64,000 nucleotides of DNA, taken from the sequence record MN850619.1; one strand, written 5' to 3'. Every line of letters starts with the position of its first letter. Within the stretch, counting starts at the first letter, position 1. The translations under genes were made by a program, and so were the position numbers. This document shows positions 16,114-25,812 of this stretch, piece after piece. The stretch comes from Escherichia phage finno. A model generated the notes under the pieces. That model was not told where the DNA came from. It saw only the letters and a list, made by a program, of their open reading frames with translations, and did not search any database.

Positions 16114-16599
16114 TTACTCGGCTCTCCACTGACAATCACCTTGCCACCCATACTCTTTTCTCCATAGGTTTTGGTTATCAGAACCACGATACGGTTTAAC
16201 TGTTGGTTTAGATGAATCATACTTACCATCAATCACCACGTCAACATATTTCATTACATCTAGGTGAATTTTTTCGTGTAACTGAAAACCTGTCCAGAGC
16301 CAGATAGACTTCTCTGGGTAAACAGTTTTAATACGTTTACATATATTGGTAACCTCTTGAATATTTCTATCATCCAGAGGTTCTCCACCAAGTATTGACA
16401 AACCACTGACAGCATTATCACCCATTAGTTGGATGATTCCGTAGAGGTTTGCATAAGTAAATGCTTTACCAGCATTAAACTTCCAAGACTCCCTGTTAAA
16501 GCAGCCTTCACAGTGATGTTTACAGCCAGCTACGAAGAGGCTTACACGAACCCCTTCACCATTAGCTGTATCGAATGGTCTAATCTCCATGTAATTCAT
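16114..16599 (-). CDS. nrdG: anaerobic ribonucleotide reductase activating protein
   Basis: Radical-SAM cluster motif GCKHHCEGCFN near N-terminus; located just before nrdD. Confidence 0.8.
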   Translation of the reverse strand: MNYMEIRPFDTANGEGVRVSLFVAGCKHHCEGCFNRESWKFNAGKAFTYANLYGIIQLMGDNAVSGLSILGGEPLDDRNIQEVTNICKRIKTVYPEKSIWLWTGFQLHEKIHLDVMKYVDVVIDGKYDSSKPTVKPYRGSDNQNLWRKEYGWQGDCQWRAE

Positions 16600-16633
16600 C
16601 TAGTTACCTCACCAATTTATTTAATTGCTTTAC

Positions 16634-17029
16634 TCATTCAAACACTACCTGACAGGGAACCTGTTTAGTAATAAACTCTTCACAGTGCTCTTTAATGAAG
16701 TTTTGTAATGGCACACAGTCTTGTGCACAAGTCATTAGCATAATGTACTCTGGATTCATAATATTTTCAAGACTGTAGAAGACAACATTGTCAGATAATT
16801 CATGACCGTCTTCTTCAGACCAAGTTCCAGTGACTACAGCTAATTTGTCAAGCAATTCATTAGGCAACGGTACACCATCTTCTACGGAATCACTTAGAAC
16901 GTTGTCGCTGATGTACAATGTGAAGGTCGTATGGAATGTTGAGTATTTTACGTGATTCTTTTCGCAAGAGCCACACTCTGAGGCGTAATCTTTAAGCCAC
17001 TCTAACTGTTTTTGATTTAACTTAATCAT
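16634..17029 (-). CDS. hypothetical protein
   Basis: 131 aa ORF between nrdD and nrdG. Confidence 0.55.
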   Translation of the reverse strand: MIKLNQKQLEWLKDYASECGSCEKNHVKYSTFHTTFTLYISDNVLSDSVEDGVPLPNELLDKLAVVTGTWSEEDGHELSDNVVFYSLENIMNPEYIMLMTCAQDCVPLQNFIKEHCEEFITKQVPCQVVFE

Positions 17030-17226
17030 AATTTCACCTTAGTTGGTAATGCACTGAATGCTATAGCTAACCCTAAAAATGGTTTGAAGCATGACCATAA
17101 ATCCATCTGACCATTATATGATAAATTCCATTGTGGGTCTGAAAAACCCCATACCATAGCACTAACCCCAAAGAAGAAGATTATAGTGCGGAGTATGTAT
17201 ATCATCGTTTTTGATATCTTAAACAT
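17026..17226 (-). CDS. small membrane protein
   Basis: 66 aa, two hydrophobic segments. Confidence 0.45.
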   Translation of the reverse strand: MFKISKTMIYILRTIIFFFGVSAMVWGFSDPQWNLSYNGQMDLWSCFKPFLGLAIAFSALPTKVKL

Positions 17227-17328
17227 TTTAACTTATCTCTCAATTCACAATAAGAGAGTCCTAAAAAGAACCCTAGTAAGACAGAACCGATGAACAACCC
17301 AATAATACTATCTGCCATATCTAACATC

Positions 17329-17371
17329 CAAAGAAAAAGGTGATGTAAGCCTATCAAGACCCACATCACCT
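17329..17371 (-). terminator. terminator candidate after nrdD
   Basis: Minus strand TTGACA then AGGTGATGT...ACATCACCT 9 bp stem then TTTTTCTTT. Confidence 0.6.
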
Positions 17372-17380
17372 TGTCAAGTT

Positions 17381-19525
17381 TTACATAGAAATCCTGTCAC
17401 GAATCTCAGCGATTTTTGCATCGTTCATTCGGGATTCACCTTTAATCTTAGTCCATCCCAGATATCCGCACACCCTGTTAATCACAGAGATATCATGTGA
17501 ATGACAAACCTCACATTCTTCGACATCAGCCTTTGGTCTGTTACCACAATGTTCACAGATTGCTAAGTCAAAGTTAAGACCTTGATAGAAACCTTTCAAC
17601 ATCCCTCTTGTAATACAACTCTTAAGTGCTGATAAGTTTTCTGGATTAGCCACCCTTACATACTGGATTCTGCCGCCTCTACAGATATGGAAGAAGGGTT
17701 CTTCTAAGTCCTGCTTCTCAAATGGTGTAATGTCTGCTGCAACATTCATATGGAAGCTGTTTGTAAAGTATTCCTTATCAGAAACACCTTTGATAACGCC
17801 AAACATATCTCTGAACTGTTTTAGCTGAGTTCCACAAAGTGATTCTGCTGGAGTGCCATAGACTGCATATAAGAAGCCATCTTCATTTTTAAACTCTTCA
17901 GTCTTCATGTTGATATATTCCAGAACATCATATGCAAAACTACAGCTTCCAACTTCATGAAGTCGTTTACCTTCAGCAAGAACAGATAGCTCATCAAGCG
18001 CAGTAACCCCAAAAGAAGCTGTGAAGGACTTCACGATATCCCAGCCAACCTTGTCAGTAGGCTTCTTATTCCCTTTGTACAGACCACCTTGTGTGAATGC
18101 AAGAGGGTTAGAACTTGCTGGCATATTAGCAATCATTTCGTAGCGTTTCTTGTGGAAGCTGCGAATCATTTCTAGGTACTTATCAAGCTCTTTCCAGAAA
18201 TCTAAACCATTCTCTTTAGAATACTGGTAAATCATTGGCAAGTTCAAAGATACAGCACCAATGTTAGCACGACCAACGTAGAACTCTTCCCCATCCTCAT
18301 TAAGATATGGAGATAAGAAGGCTCTACAACCCATCGGCGAAATTACCTTGCCAGAACGCTCAAAAGCTTCTGCTACAGCACCATGACCAGATACACTTAA
18401 GAAATCTGGATACATTGCTTTAGAGCAACACTCTATAGCTTTACTGTACAGGTGGCCTTGACAGATATTCTCATTATGTCTCTTCTGGTCATAAATATAA
18501 ACCAGTTTAGGGAATACAACAGGTTTCTTGCTCTTACCTTGTCCATTCATACGAACATCTAGGAGAGTACTTGCAATCATATATTGCAGTCGGTTATCTT
18601 CATTGGACATATCTGAGTCAAGTAACCCGAATGTCAAAGTTGTGAATGCAAAATCCCCACGGCTACAAGGTACAGTATTTAGCTTCATTTCAAGTGACTG
18701 GAAACCTTGAGTTAGTTCAATCTGTAGCTGCTCCATGACATAATTATGGTAATGTTCTTTAGGAATACCATACGATGCTGCTTTCTCAGCATGATAGCGT
18801 AGAGACTTCTTAGCATACGGTACAAGTACCTTATCAATCTCTGCTAAAGTAAAGCCACCAAATTGCTGTGCAGTTGCTGAAAGAACTACGTCACCAATAA
18901 CCTGTAAGGCCGACAGCACAGACTTTGGTTCACAATATTCGATGCCAGACATTTCAAAGCCACCTTTCAGGACTTTACCAATGTCAAACAGGCAACAGTT
19001 GATACCACCAAAAATTAGGTCTCTTAAATCATGGATATAGATAAACCCTTTTTCAATGGCTTCAAGTTCCTCTGGTGTTAAATGGTACTGTTTAAAGATT
19101 TCTTTAGTCAGATAACCACGAATAATTGAGCCTTTTGTAGAAATTAAACTGCTGTCAAAATTAGCGTTTTCTCGGTCACCTAAGAAGAGTGTATCCTTGG
19201 TCTTCTGGTAGAGTTCATCCCAATTTTGAGCAACCTCTTTACGGTAATTTCTATATGTTGAGTAAGACTCATAAATCTCGTGATTGACTTCTGCCAAAGC
19301 ACCCTCAACAATACTGTGAATATCATTTACAGAAATTAGCAAATTATTCTGCTTAGTGGACTTTACCAGAATCCTCATAAATGCTGACTCAAGAGCTTGG
19401 GTAACATCTGGTGGGAGTTCTTTATACCCAACCCTATTAGCTGACTTTGTGACTGCTGCTAAAACTTTTTTGATATCAGGTTCTTCGAGTGAGCCATTCT
19501 TTTTAATAATCTGTACTTTGTTCAT
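17381..19525 (-). CDS. nrdD: anaerobic ribonucleoside-triphosphate reductase (class III)
   Basis: 714 aa; C-terminal zinc ribbon CEHCGNRP...CEVCHSHD and glycyl-radical region RVCGYLG. Confidence 0.85.
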   Translation of the reverse strand: MNKVQIIKKNGSLEEPDIKKVLAAVTKSANRVGYKELPPDVTQALESAFMRILVKSTKQNNLLISVNDIHSIVEGALAEVNHEIYESYSTYRNYRKEVAQNWDELYQKTKDTLFLGDRENANFDSSLISTKGSIIRGYLTKEIFKQYHLTPEELEAIEKGFIYIHDLRDLIFGGINCCLFDIGKVLKGGFEMSGIEYCEPKSVLSALQVIGDVVLSATAQQFGGFTLAEIDKVLVPYAKKSLRYHAEKAASYGIPKEHYHNYVMEQLQIELTQGFQSLEMKLNTVPCSRGDFAFTTLTFGLLDSDMSNEDNRLQYMIASTLLDVRMNGQGKSKKPVVFPKLVYIYDQKRHNENICQGHLYSKAIECCSKAMYPDFLSVSGHGAVAEAFERSGKVISPMGCRAFLSPYLNEDGEEFYVGRANIGAVSLNLPMIYQYSKENGLDFWKELDKYLEMIRSFHKKRYEMIANMPASSNPLAFTQGGLYKGNKKPTDKVGWDIVKSFTASFGVTALDELSVLAEGKRLHEVGSCSFAYDVLEYINMKTEEFKNEDGFLYAVYGTPAESLCGTQLKQFRDMFGVIKGVSDKEYFTNSFHMNVAADITPFEKQDLEEPFFHICRGGRIQYVRVANPENLSALKSCITRGMLKGFYQGLNFDLAICEHCGNRPKADVEECEVCHSHDISVINRVCGYLGWTKIKGESRMNDAKIAEIRDRISM

Positions 19526-19542
19526 TATTGCCCCTTTACATG

Positions 19543-19569
19543 CTAAAAAGGTCTCCGAAGAGACCCTTT
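19543..19569 (-). terminator. rho-independent terminator
   Basis: GGTCTC-CGAA-GAGACC hairpin followed on minus strand by TTTTTAGC. Confidence 0.65.
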
Positions 19570-19573
19570 CATT

Positions 19574-19780
19574 TTAAATCTTTTTAGAAAACTTCGCAAA
19601 GAGTTCTCTTAGTTTTTCAGTGATACCTAACTGTATCTCTAATATTTCAAAGATAACCCATAGTAACATGGCTCCAAACAATGAACCTTGTTCAAAGTCA
19701 GTAAATAGGTTAACAATAAGCATACCAATCACAATAGCTGGTGCATCAACAACCAAACCTTCCCAAAGGCGTTTAAGCAT
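19574..19780 (-). CDS. small membrane protein
   Basis: 68 aa with two hydrophobic segments. Confidence 0.45.
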   Translation of the reverse strand: MLKRLWEGLVVDAPAIVIGMLIVNLFTDFEQGSLFGAMLLWVIFEILEIQLGITEKLRELFAKFSKKI

Positions 19781-20015
19781 TATTCACCTCTGCCATAAAA
19801 TTCTGTAGCGTACCAACAGGTTTTAGGTTTTGTCCATCAGTTTTCATGATGAATGGCATCTGACGAACTGGCATCTGTGCAATATCCATCAGGTCTGATA
19901 GCTCATAGTCCTGCCCTAACATTCTCACAACATGGTCAATACCACGAGCTTTTGCAAAATTCTTTGCAGTCTCACACTGAGGGCATCCAGTTTTGGAGTA
20001 AATTACATAAGTCAT
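19773..20015 (-). CDS. glutaredoxin/thioredoxin-like redoxin (probable RNR electron donor)
   Basis: 80 aa with CPQC active-site motif; immediately downstream of nrdB. Confidence 0.7.
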   Translation of the reverse strand: MTYVIYSKTGCPQCETAKNFAKARGIDHVVRMLGQDYELSDLMDIAQMPVRQMPFIMKTDGQNLKPVGTLQNFMAEVNNA

Positions 20016-21088
20016 TAAGGAACCTCTAAAAATCCACTATTCAAATCATCTACAACAGTATTCAATAGGTACGCACCGTTCTGTTGCTCCTGATTAGCAT
20101 TCTGCTCTTTATCAATTTCCATCTTCTTAATCATGTACTTCAAAGGTGGTTCTTTAGGAGCTACAAAATCTCTGGGAATGCCAAACATATCATACAATGG
20201 GGCGGCATTATAGTAAACCCACTCATGAAGAAGCTTTGTATTTAGGCCAACTACAGCACGTCCTTCGGAGAAGATATAATACGACCATTTCTCTTCACTT
20301 TCAACTACTTCATCTAAGATTACTTTAATCTCTGGAAGAATTTGTTGAAAAGCTTTCTGCCACTCATCATCTCTTAAAGTTTCTTTTAAAACTTCAATAT
20401 CAATTTTAGTGTGAAGGATTTCGTCAAGCATAATTTTCTGTACCGCTTGAGCAATACCCTGAAATTTATCTTGAGCATCAAGTGCAAAAGTACATGCAAA
20501 AGATGCCATAAAAGATATACCTTCAAGTGCAGTCACTGCAAACAGCCCTTTCAGAATCACTTTATGGAAGTGTAAAGGGTCTTTGTCCAGAAGTGAATCA
20601 CGAACATAACTCAGACGATAGTTTATACCTTCATCCAGTAATTCTTCAAGAACACGATTCACAGTTTTTAATCGGTCTTGCACAGCAACATTCTGGTTAA
20701 TCTCATCTAAGATTGTTTCAGGGTTTTTAATACATTGCCTTACAATCTCTGAGTAAGTAAGAGCATGTAGGTTTTCAATCTCAGATTGCTTCATAATTGC
20801 AGTTGCATATATGTCATCAGAGATAAAAGGTGCAAAGGCAAATGCCAAGCTCTTAGCAACTTGAGTGTCTGCTTCCCATTGCCACTTAAGAATCTCAAGC
20901 ATTACACCTGACATTGATGCTGGGACACTCTCAAAATCAAGACGTGATTGTTCAAAAGGGAACTCATCTTCTGACCAGTCTTGTGCTTTTTGTTGTTTAT
21001 AAAGTTCAAAGATTTTTGGGTAGTGTTTATTAAGTGAGTCAAAAGTTTTTCTCTCACCACCTAAAAAGATTGGGTGCTGGTTAATCAT
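20015..21088 (-). CDS. nrdB: ribonucleotide reductase small subunit (class Ia)
   Basis: 357 aa, size and position directly downstream of nrdA; family assignment by context. Confidence 0.8.
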   Translation of the reverse strand: MINQHPIFLGGERKTFDSLNKHYPKIFELYKQQKAQDWSEDEFPFEQSRLDFESVPASMSGVMLEILKWQWEADTQVAKSLAFAFAPFISDDIYATAIMKQSEIENLHALTYSEIVRQCIKNPETILDEINQNVAVQDRLKTVNRVLEELLDEGINYRLSYVRDSLLDKDPLHFHKVILKGLFAVTALEGISFMASFACTFALDAQDKFQGIAQAVQKIMLDEILHTKIDIEVLKETLRDDEWQKAFQQILPEIKVILDEVVESEEKWSYYIFSEGRAVVGLNTKLLHEWVYYNAAPLYDMFGIPRDFVAPKEPPLKYMIKKMEIDKEQNANQEQQNGAYLLNTVVDDLNSGFLEVP

Positions 21089-21342
21089 AGCGTGATTTCT
21101 CCTTTCTTTATCATTTCTAGGGCTTGTTTTCTGTCTAAAACTTCCCAGTTTTCTTTGTTAAACATCTCATAAGGTCTTGCGTAGATTTTACCATCTGCTG
21201 TAGAGATGTAAGAGATACCAGCAACCCATGAGTCATCATTTTGTTTTATCATCATATCTGTGCTACTCACATAGTACATCGTTTTCCGAGGCTTGTGGAG
21301 CAAGTATATAGGCCGCTCATGTTTTTCTATTAAGTCTTTCAT
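21085..21342 (-). CDS. hypothetical protein
   Basis: Start moved to ATG at 21342 (MKDLIEK) with GGAGAG RBS; the track start would place the hairpin at 21365-21384 and the nrdA 3' end inside the ORF. Confidence 0.45.
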   Translation of the reverse strand: MKDLIEKHERPIYLLHKPRKTMYYVSSTDMMIKQNDDSWVAGISYISTADGKIYARPYEMFNKENWEVLDRKQALEMIKKGEITL

Positions 21343-21364
21343 GGTCTCTCCAAAGTTATTTTTA

Positions 21365-21384
21365 GAGGGTCTTTTACGACCCTC
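21365..21384 (-). promoter_or_regulatory. stem-loop between nrdA and downstream gene
   Basis: Perfect 7 bp stem GAGGGTC-ttttac-GACCCTC; no clear T-run. Confidence 0.4.
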
Positions 21385-21397
21385 ATAGTTGTTAAAA

Positions 21398-23632
21398 CTA
21401 AACACCACAACCCTCGCAATAAGCATCTTGCAGTGCAGATTTACCTACACCAATGCGACTGTTAAGGTAGTACATGGTTTTCATACCTACCGAGTTGGCA
21501 TAAATCATGTACTTCAAAGCTTGAGCTAATGATACCTTCTTAGACTTTGCATAGTCAACATAGAAGTCTGAAGAGATAGCTTGACCAGTGAACTTTTGAA
21601 CAATTGCATAACAATCAATCATATCAAAGGTGTCGATACCCCAAGCAATTTCATAGACATACTTCAGCTCTTCATAATCTGGAACAATAAAAAGTACGTT
21701 ACCAGTTGCAGACTTTTTAGTTAAAATAAAGTCACGAATTGGGTACAAGCCGTTTGTCGTATTAGTTGCTAGTGAAGAACTCTCATTAGGCATGTAAGCT
21801 TCTAATACAGAGTTTCGGATTCCACCATTTTCTTTGATACGTTGTGATAAGTCATCCCAATCATATCGTAGTTTTGCATCATGCTTTTCATCAATCTTCT
21901 TGTTAGCTGTCTTTGGAGGAACCCAGCCTTCAGGATACTTAGTGAACTTCATGTACTCTGGAACGCCACGCTCTTTAGCAAGTCTCAGAGAGGCTTCATG
22001 CAGATAGTAAGAGTGCATCTCTGCAAGTTCATGAAGTTTCGTTTTACCTGCTCGTGAAGAGTAGTTCACGTAGTTCTTCGCAAGGTAATGAGCCACATTT
22101 GTAAGGCCAATCCCAACAGAACGACGCTTCTGAACATGGTTACGCATCGACGGATACGGATAATCCATAAGGTCAATAACGGAGTCAACCATTGCAAGAG
22201 CATAATAAGCAACGTCAGCGTATTCATCTTCTGAAATTCTCCCTGCAACCAAACTAGCTAGGAAGCAAAGAGCCACCTCACCATCCTCTTTCACAGCATC
22301 GTCTCTGTAAAGGTCTGTCTCTTTCTCAAAACCATACACTGGCAATACAATTTCCATACAAAGATTTGACATCTTCAATGGTTCTTTAAATGGTGTATGT
22401 GTGTTCGCATTATTTGTGAAGAATGGATACACACGACCTGTAGCATAACGCTGTTGAATAAACAGCTTAGCAATTTCACGAGCCTTTACTCGTCTGTGCT
22501 TAACTCCTGAATGTACTGCATGACCAACTGCCATAGCAAACTCATCAGCAGATGCTGTGTAGAACATGTCATAGAGTTTTGGTGCATCTTTGTAAGAGAA
22601 TAACAACCAATCTGTATCATACTGAACACACTGCCAGAAATAATCGTTTGTGCCGAATGAGTAGTCCATCTCATTAATACGTTTAGAAGGAACCGTTGTA
22701 GGGTGCTTCAAACGCAGTAAATCTTCAATCTGCGGGTCTAGAGCAGTGTAGAAGTTATTAGCTGAACCACCACGACTCTTCTGTTTATTTGCCTCTACAG
22801 ATGAACGTACAAGCTTGTAATAAGGCAGTTTACCCATGTGCTCAATAGTATTTTGACGGATACCATCACCAATAGTACGTGTCTCCATCAGCATACCAAT
22901 ACCAGCTTGCTTTGTGGTCATATCATAAGCAACCTTTGCAGCAATACCGAGAGACTCAGCAGTATCATTTGCCTTAATCAAACAGCATGACGCATAACCT
23001 GATTTAGTAGCTCTTAAACCGTTTAAATAAGGTGTAGGAGCATTAATCTTCAGGTCAGATAGATAAGTGTACAGCTTGATAACATCTTGCAGTCTACGGT
23101 GCTTTGGTTGCTTCTCAAAGGCTTTCATAGCCATACCCATAAACATAAATTGCGGTGACTCAAAAAGTCTTCCCGTTTTAATATCACGGATACCATACTT
23201 GTCTCTGAACTGTTTCAAGACTGCATAACCGTAAGAGATATCTTTTGAGTGTACGATGTAACCTTGCAGGTATTCAAGCTCTTCCTGTGAATAGTCCATC
23301 TTCTCCCAAAGTCCCGCCCTCTCCATGTTTTTAACGAAGGTAACCAGCGTAGGAACCTTAGTAAAGCCTCCAAAGGCTTCTTTGTAGATAATACCCAAAA
23401 GCAGTCGTCCAGCCATATCTGAGTACTCTTGAGTTTGTTTATCAACACAAACATCAATCATGGCTTGGTGCATCTCTTTTGTAGTGCAACCCTCATAGAC
23501 ACGTTTCATGGCTTCCATAGTGACTTCTGACCAGATAATTCCACGCTTATCTGCCCATGATGCCCATTTATTCAGTCTTTCTGGGTCAAAGCTTACTACT
23601 GTACCATTTGATTTTTTAATTGTCTTAATCAT
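21398..23632 (-). CDS. nrdA: ribonucleotide reductase large subunit (class Ia)
   Basis: 744 aa; active-site region SNLCMEIVLP; N-terminal ATP-cone-like segment. Confidence 0.85.
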   Translation of the reverse strand: MIKTIKKSNGTVVSFDPERLNKWASWADKRGIIWSEVTMEAMKRVYEGCTTKEMHQAMIDVCVDKQTQEYSDMAGRLLLGIIYKEAFGGFTKVPTLVTFVKNMERAGLWEKMDYSQEELEYLQGYIVHSKDISYGYAVLKQFRDKYGIRDIKTGRLFESPQFMFMGMAMKAFEKQPKHRRLQDVIKLYTYLSDLKINAPTPYLNGLRATKSGYASCCLIKANDTAESLGIAAKVAYDMTTKQAGIGMLMETRTIGDGIRQNTIEHMGKLPYYKLVRSSVEANKQKSRGGSANNFYTALDPQIEDLLRLKHPTTVPSKRINEMDYSFGTNDYFWQCVQYDTDWLLFSYKDAPKLYDMFYTASADEFAMAVGHAVHSGVKHRRVKAREIAKLFIQQRYATGRVYPFFTNNANTHTPFKEPLKMSNLCMEIVLPVYGFEKETDLYRDDAVKEDGEVALCFLASLVAGRISEDEYADVAYYALAMVDSVIDLMDYPYPSMRNHVQKRRSVGIGLTNVAHYLAKNYVNYSSRAGKTKLHELAEMHSYYLHEASLRLAKERGVPEYMKFTKYPEGWVPPKTANKKIDEKHDAKLRYDWDDLSQRIKENGGIRNSVLEAYMPNESSSLATNTTNGLYPIRDFILTKKSATGNVLFIVPDYEELKYVYEIAWGIDTFDMIDCYAIVQKFTGQAISSDFYVDYAKSKKVSLAQALKYMIYANSVGMKTMYYLNSRIGVGKSALQDAYCEGCGV

Positions 23633-23647
23633 TTTTGAATCCTACAG

Positions 23648-23673
23648 ATGAAAAGAGCCTCCGAAGAGGCTCC
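23648..23673 (-). terminator. rho-independent terminator
   Basis: GAGCCTC-CGAA-GAGGCTC hairpin followed on minus strand by TTTTCATC. Confidence 0.65.
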
Positions 23674-23678
23674 CTAGT

Positions 23679-24017
23679 TTAAATCTTGAAAATTTGCTCA
23701 TTCTGCCACATATCATAAAACTTATCACTTACCTTTGTGACTGAAGAAGTGTGCATACAATTCAGGGAGAACCATGATGATGTATTATCATCCATAATTG
23801 TTTCAAGTTTTTGTGTAACGTTCACATCCATGTCTGCAACAACGTAATTACCTCGCATCTTGCAAACAACTCTTCCAAACAAGATTGCACTTCTACCTCT
23901 TCGGTCATCACAGTACATAACTGTGTCTCCGTGCTTAACGTCTTGTCCGATGCTGTCAACACCTAGCTTAACACCTGAGATAATGTCATCATAAGATAGC
24001 TTTTTTGCTTTAGACAC
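23679..24017 (-). CDS. hypothetical protein
   Basis: 112 aa ORF. Confidence 0.55.
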   Translation of the reverse strand: MSKAKKLSYDDIISGVKLGVDSIGQDVKHGDTVMYCDDRRGRSAILFGRVVCKMRGNYVVADMDVNVTQKLETIMDDNTSSWFSLNCMHTSSVTKVSDKFYDMWQNEQIFKI

Positions 24018-24342
24018 GGTATTTCTCCAAGTTTCTTTTTAGATACAACCAACCATAGTCAGTCCTTTCTACACCCATAAAGAGTGGAGCCATCACAACT
24101 TTACCGAAAGTATTCCTGTGTTGGCAGATTTCAAAGGAATACTCTTTCTCAATATCAATCCCGTATTTGTACAGGACTGCTTTTAAAACTTGTTCATTGT
24201 CCAGAAGTGTATCTGGAGTCTCACCATATTTTTCTAGTAACGGGTCATTCATAAACACCGTCATAGAAATATTGTAGTTTGAGAAGTGGCTCTTCTGAGC
24301 CACACCTTCTTTATTAATGTTCTGTGAATCCATTATAACCAA
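24010..24342 (-). CDS. hypothetical protein
   Basis: 110 aa ORF. Confidence 0.55.
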   Translation of the reverse strand: MVIMDSQNINKEGVAQKSHFSNYNISMTVFMNDPLLEKYGETPDTLLDNEQVLKAVLYKYGIDIEKEYSFEICQHRNTFGKVVMAPLFMGVERTDYGWLYLKRNLEKYRV

Positions 24343-25069
24343 CCCCTTTTAACCAGCACTTCAGGTTATTAGCATCATAATTCAGTTTCGGGTATGAGGT
24401 TACATGGAACTGCTCACCATCATAGTAGACAATATCTGCAATCCATAGTCCGTTCTCTTTACAGAAGTCTTTATCTGCTTTAGAGGTAATTGGATTAACT
24501 TCTACAAAACCATCTACACCCAAATCCTTTAAGCTACCTACAATACCTTTGCAGATAACGCATGTCTCAGATACTACCACAAAAAGTTCTTGGCTTTCAA
24601 GCTCTACAATGTATTCACCAAGCTGTACTTTAGGGAGATTTGATTGCTTCATAATCTTCCCATCGGCTGCACGAACAATCGCATACCACTCTTTACCATC
24701 AACTACTGACATTCTGATAATACACTCTTGACCAGTACGCTTTTCAATGTCTGCAAGACGTTTTAAAGCTTCTTCATAGTCATCTGTGTACTTCAGGTCA
24801 TTATTATGGCAAACAGCTTTCATAGCACCGTTATGGTCATGTTGTGACAGATAAATCAATCCGTCAAGAACATATTGCAAATCCGCCTGAGCATCCAGTG
24901 TCTCAATGGGGTCTTTCTCTTCAATTGCTTTTACAAGCTCTTTTGCTTCTTCAAGCATACACAGAGATTGAGATTTTAAAGATTCCCAATACTCATCACT
25001 GTAAGGTTGCTTTTGAGTGTTTCCACAACGAAGGTTCCAGTTTTTTACTGATTCTCTTGAGTTAAACAT
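24314..25069 (-). CDS. hypothetical protein, possible MazG-like NTP pyrophosphohydrolase N-terminal domain
   Basis: N-terminal EEAKELVKAIEEKD...DAQADLQYVLDGL loosely resembles MazG/HisE helical motifs. Confidence 0.3.
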   Translation of the reverse strand: MFNSRESVKNWNLRCGNTQKQPYSDEYWESLKSQSLCMLEEAKELVKAIEEKDPIETLDAQADLQYVLDGLIYLSQHDHNGAMKAVCHNNDLKYTDDYEEALKRLADIEKRTGQECIIRMSVVDGKEWYAIVRAADGKIMKQSNLPKVQLGEYIVELESQELFVVVSETCVICKGIVGSLKDLGVDGFVEVNPITSKADKDFCKENGLWIADIVYYDGEQFHVTSYPKLNYDANNLKCWLKGVGYNGFTEH

Positions 25070-25308
25070 TCGGACTCCTTAAAATATTTGTTAACCTTTA
25101 GCTCTCGTGTTTCAATATATTCTAGATGCTCACGTAGCTCTTGACGTTTAAGCATTAGGTGCTGCATTTGAGATTCAACAGCTTCAACTTCTTTGAGTAT
25201 TGACTCTCTAGCATTTGCAAGGATGCGCTCAAGTTCTTCAATCTTGCTGTCAACTTTTGCTACATGACTCACAGCTTTACTTTTGTTAAACATTTTATTC
25301 TCTCTCAA
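25045..25308 (-). CDS. small coiled-coil protein
   Basis: 87 aa, heptad-like charged sequence. Confidence 0.5.
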   Translation of the reverse strand: MRENKMFNKSKAVSHVAKVDSKIEELERILANARESILKEVEAVESQMQHLMLKRQELREHLEYIETRELKVNKYFKESECLTQENQ

Positions 25309-25314
25309 TAGTTA

Positions 25315-25812
25315 TCAAGCACAATTTGCTTTCATTACCTTATGGATTCTTTTTTCAGCATCTTCATAAGTTTCTTTAGTAATAAACTTAATTGCTGCAA
25401 TATTGGCATTGTAGAAGAGTCTGAGCTTCGAGTCAATCCTTTTTGTCATTACATCGAACTTATGTTGAAGGTTTGCTTCACCATAAACTAGACCACCTTT
25501 TGTGTAGTAGGTTTGGATAATGTAAAAGTCAAAAGACTCTTTTCCAAAACTCTCAATATCTTTTTTAATATACTCAGAAGATGTTTCGTAAGTCATCCAA
25601 TCACTCTCCTTAGTGACTACCTTCTTCCGAGTCTTCCCAGCAACTTTTCTTTTTGTCACACTGTTAAGTTGTTTCTTTCCGATATAATATTGTCCGGTCT
25701 TCTTACAGTGTACTAAATAGACAAAGCCAAAATGTTTAGTGGGGTCAACTTCCCCACATAAAGATACCCAATGACCATAGGTGGGGCAATTGCCAAATCC
25801 TTTAATCTTCAT
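25315..25812 (-). CDS. GIY-YIG nuclease-like protein
   Basis: FVYLVHCKKTGQYYIGKK resembles the GIY-(10 aa)-YIG motif. Confidence 0.4.
   Translation of the reverse strand: MKIKGFGNCPTYGHWVSLCGEVDPTKHFGFVYLVHCKKTGQYYIGKKQLNSVTKRKVAGKTRKKVVTKESDWMTYETSSEYIKKDIESFGKESFDFYIIQTYYTKGGLVYGEANLQHKFDVMTKRIDSKLRLFYNANIAAIKFITKETYEDAEKRIHKVMKANCA

Noticed and set aside
17227-17380. 38 aa hydrophobic mini-ORF upstream of the 17026..17226 gene
   Set aside because: Very short, overlaps the following gene start and the nrdD terminator hairpin; not enough support.
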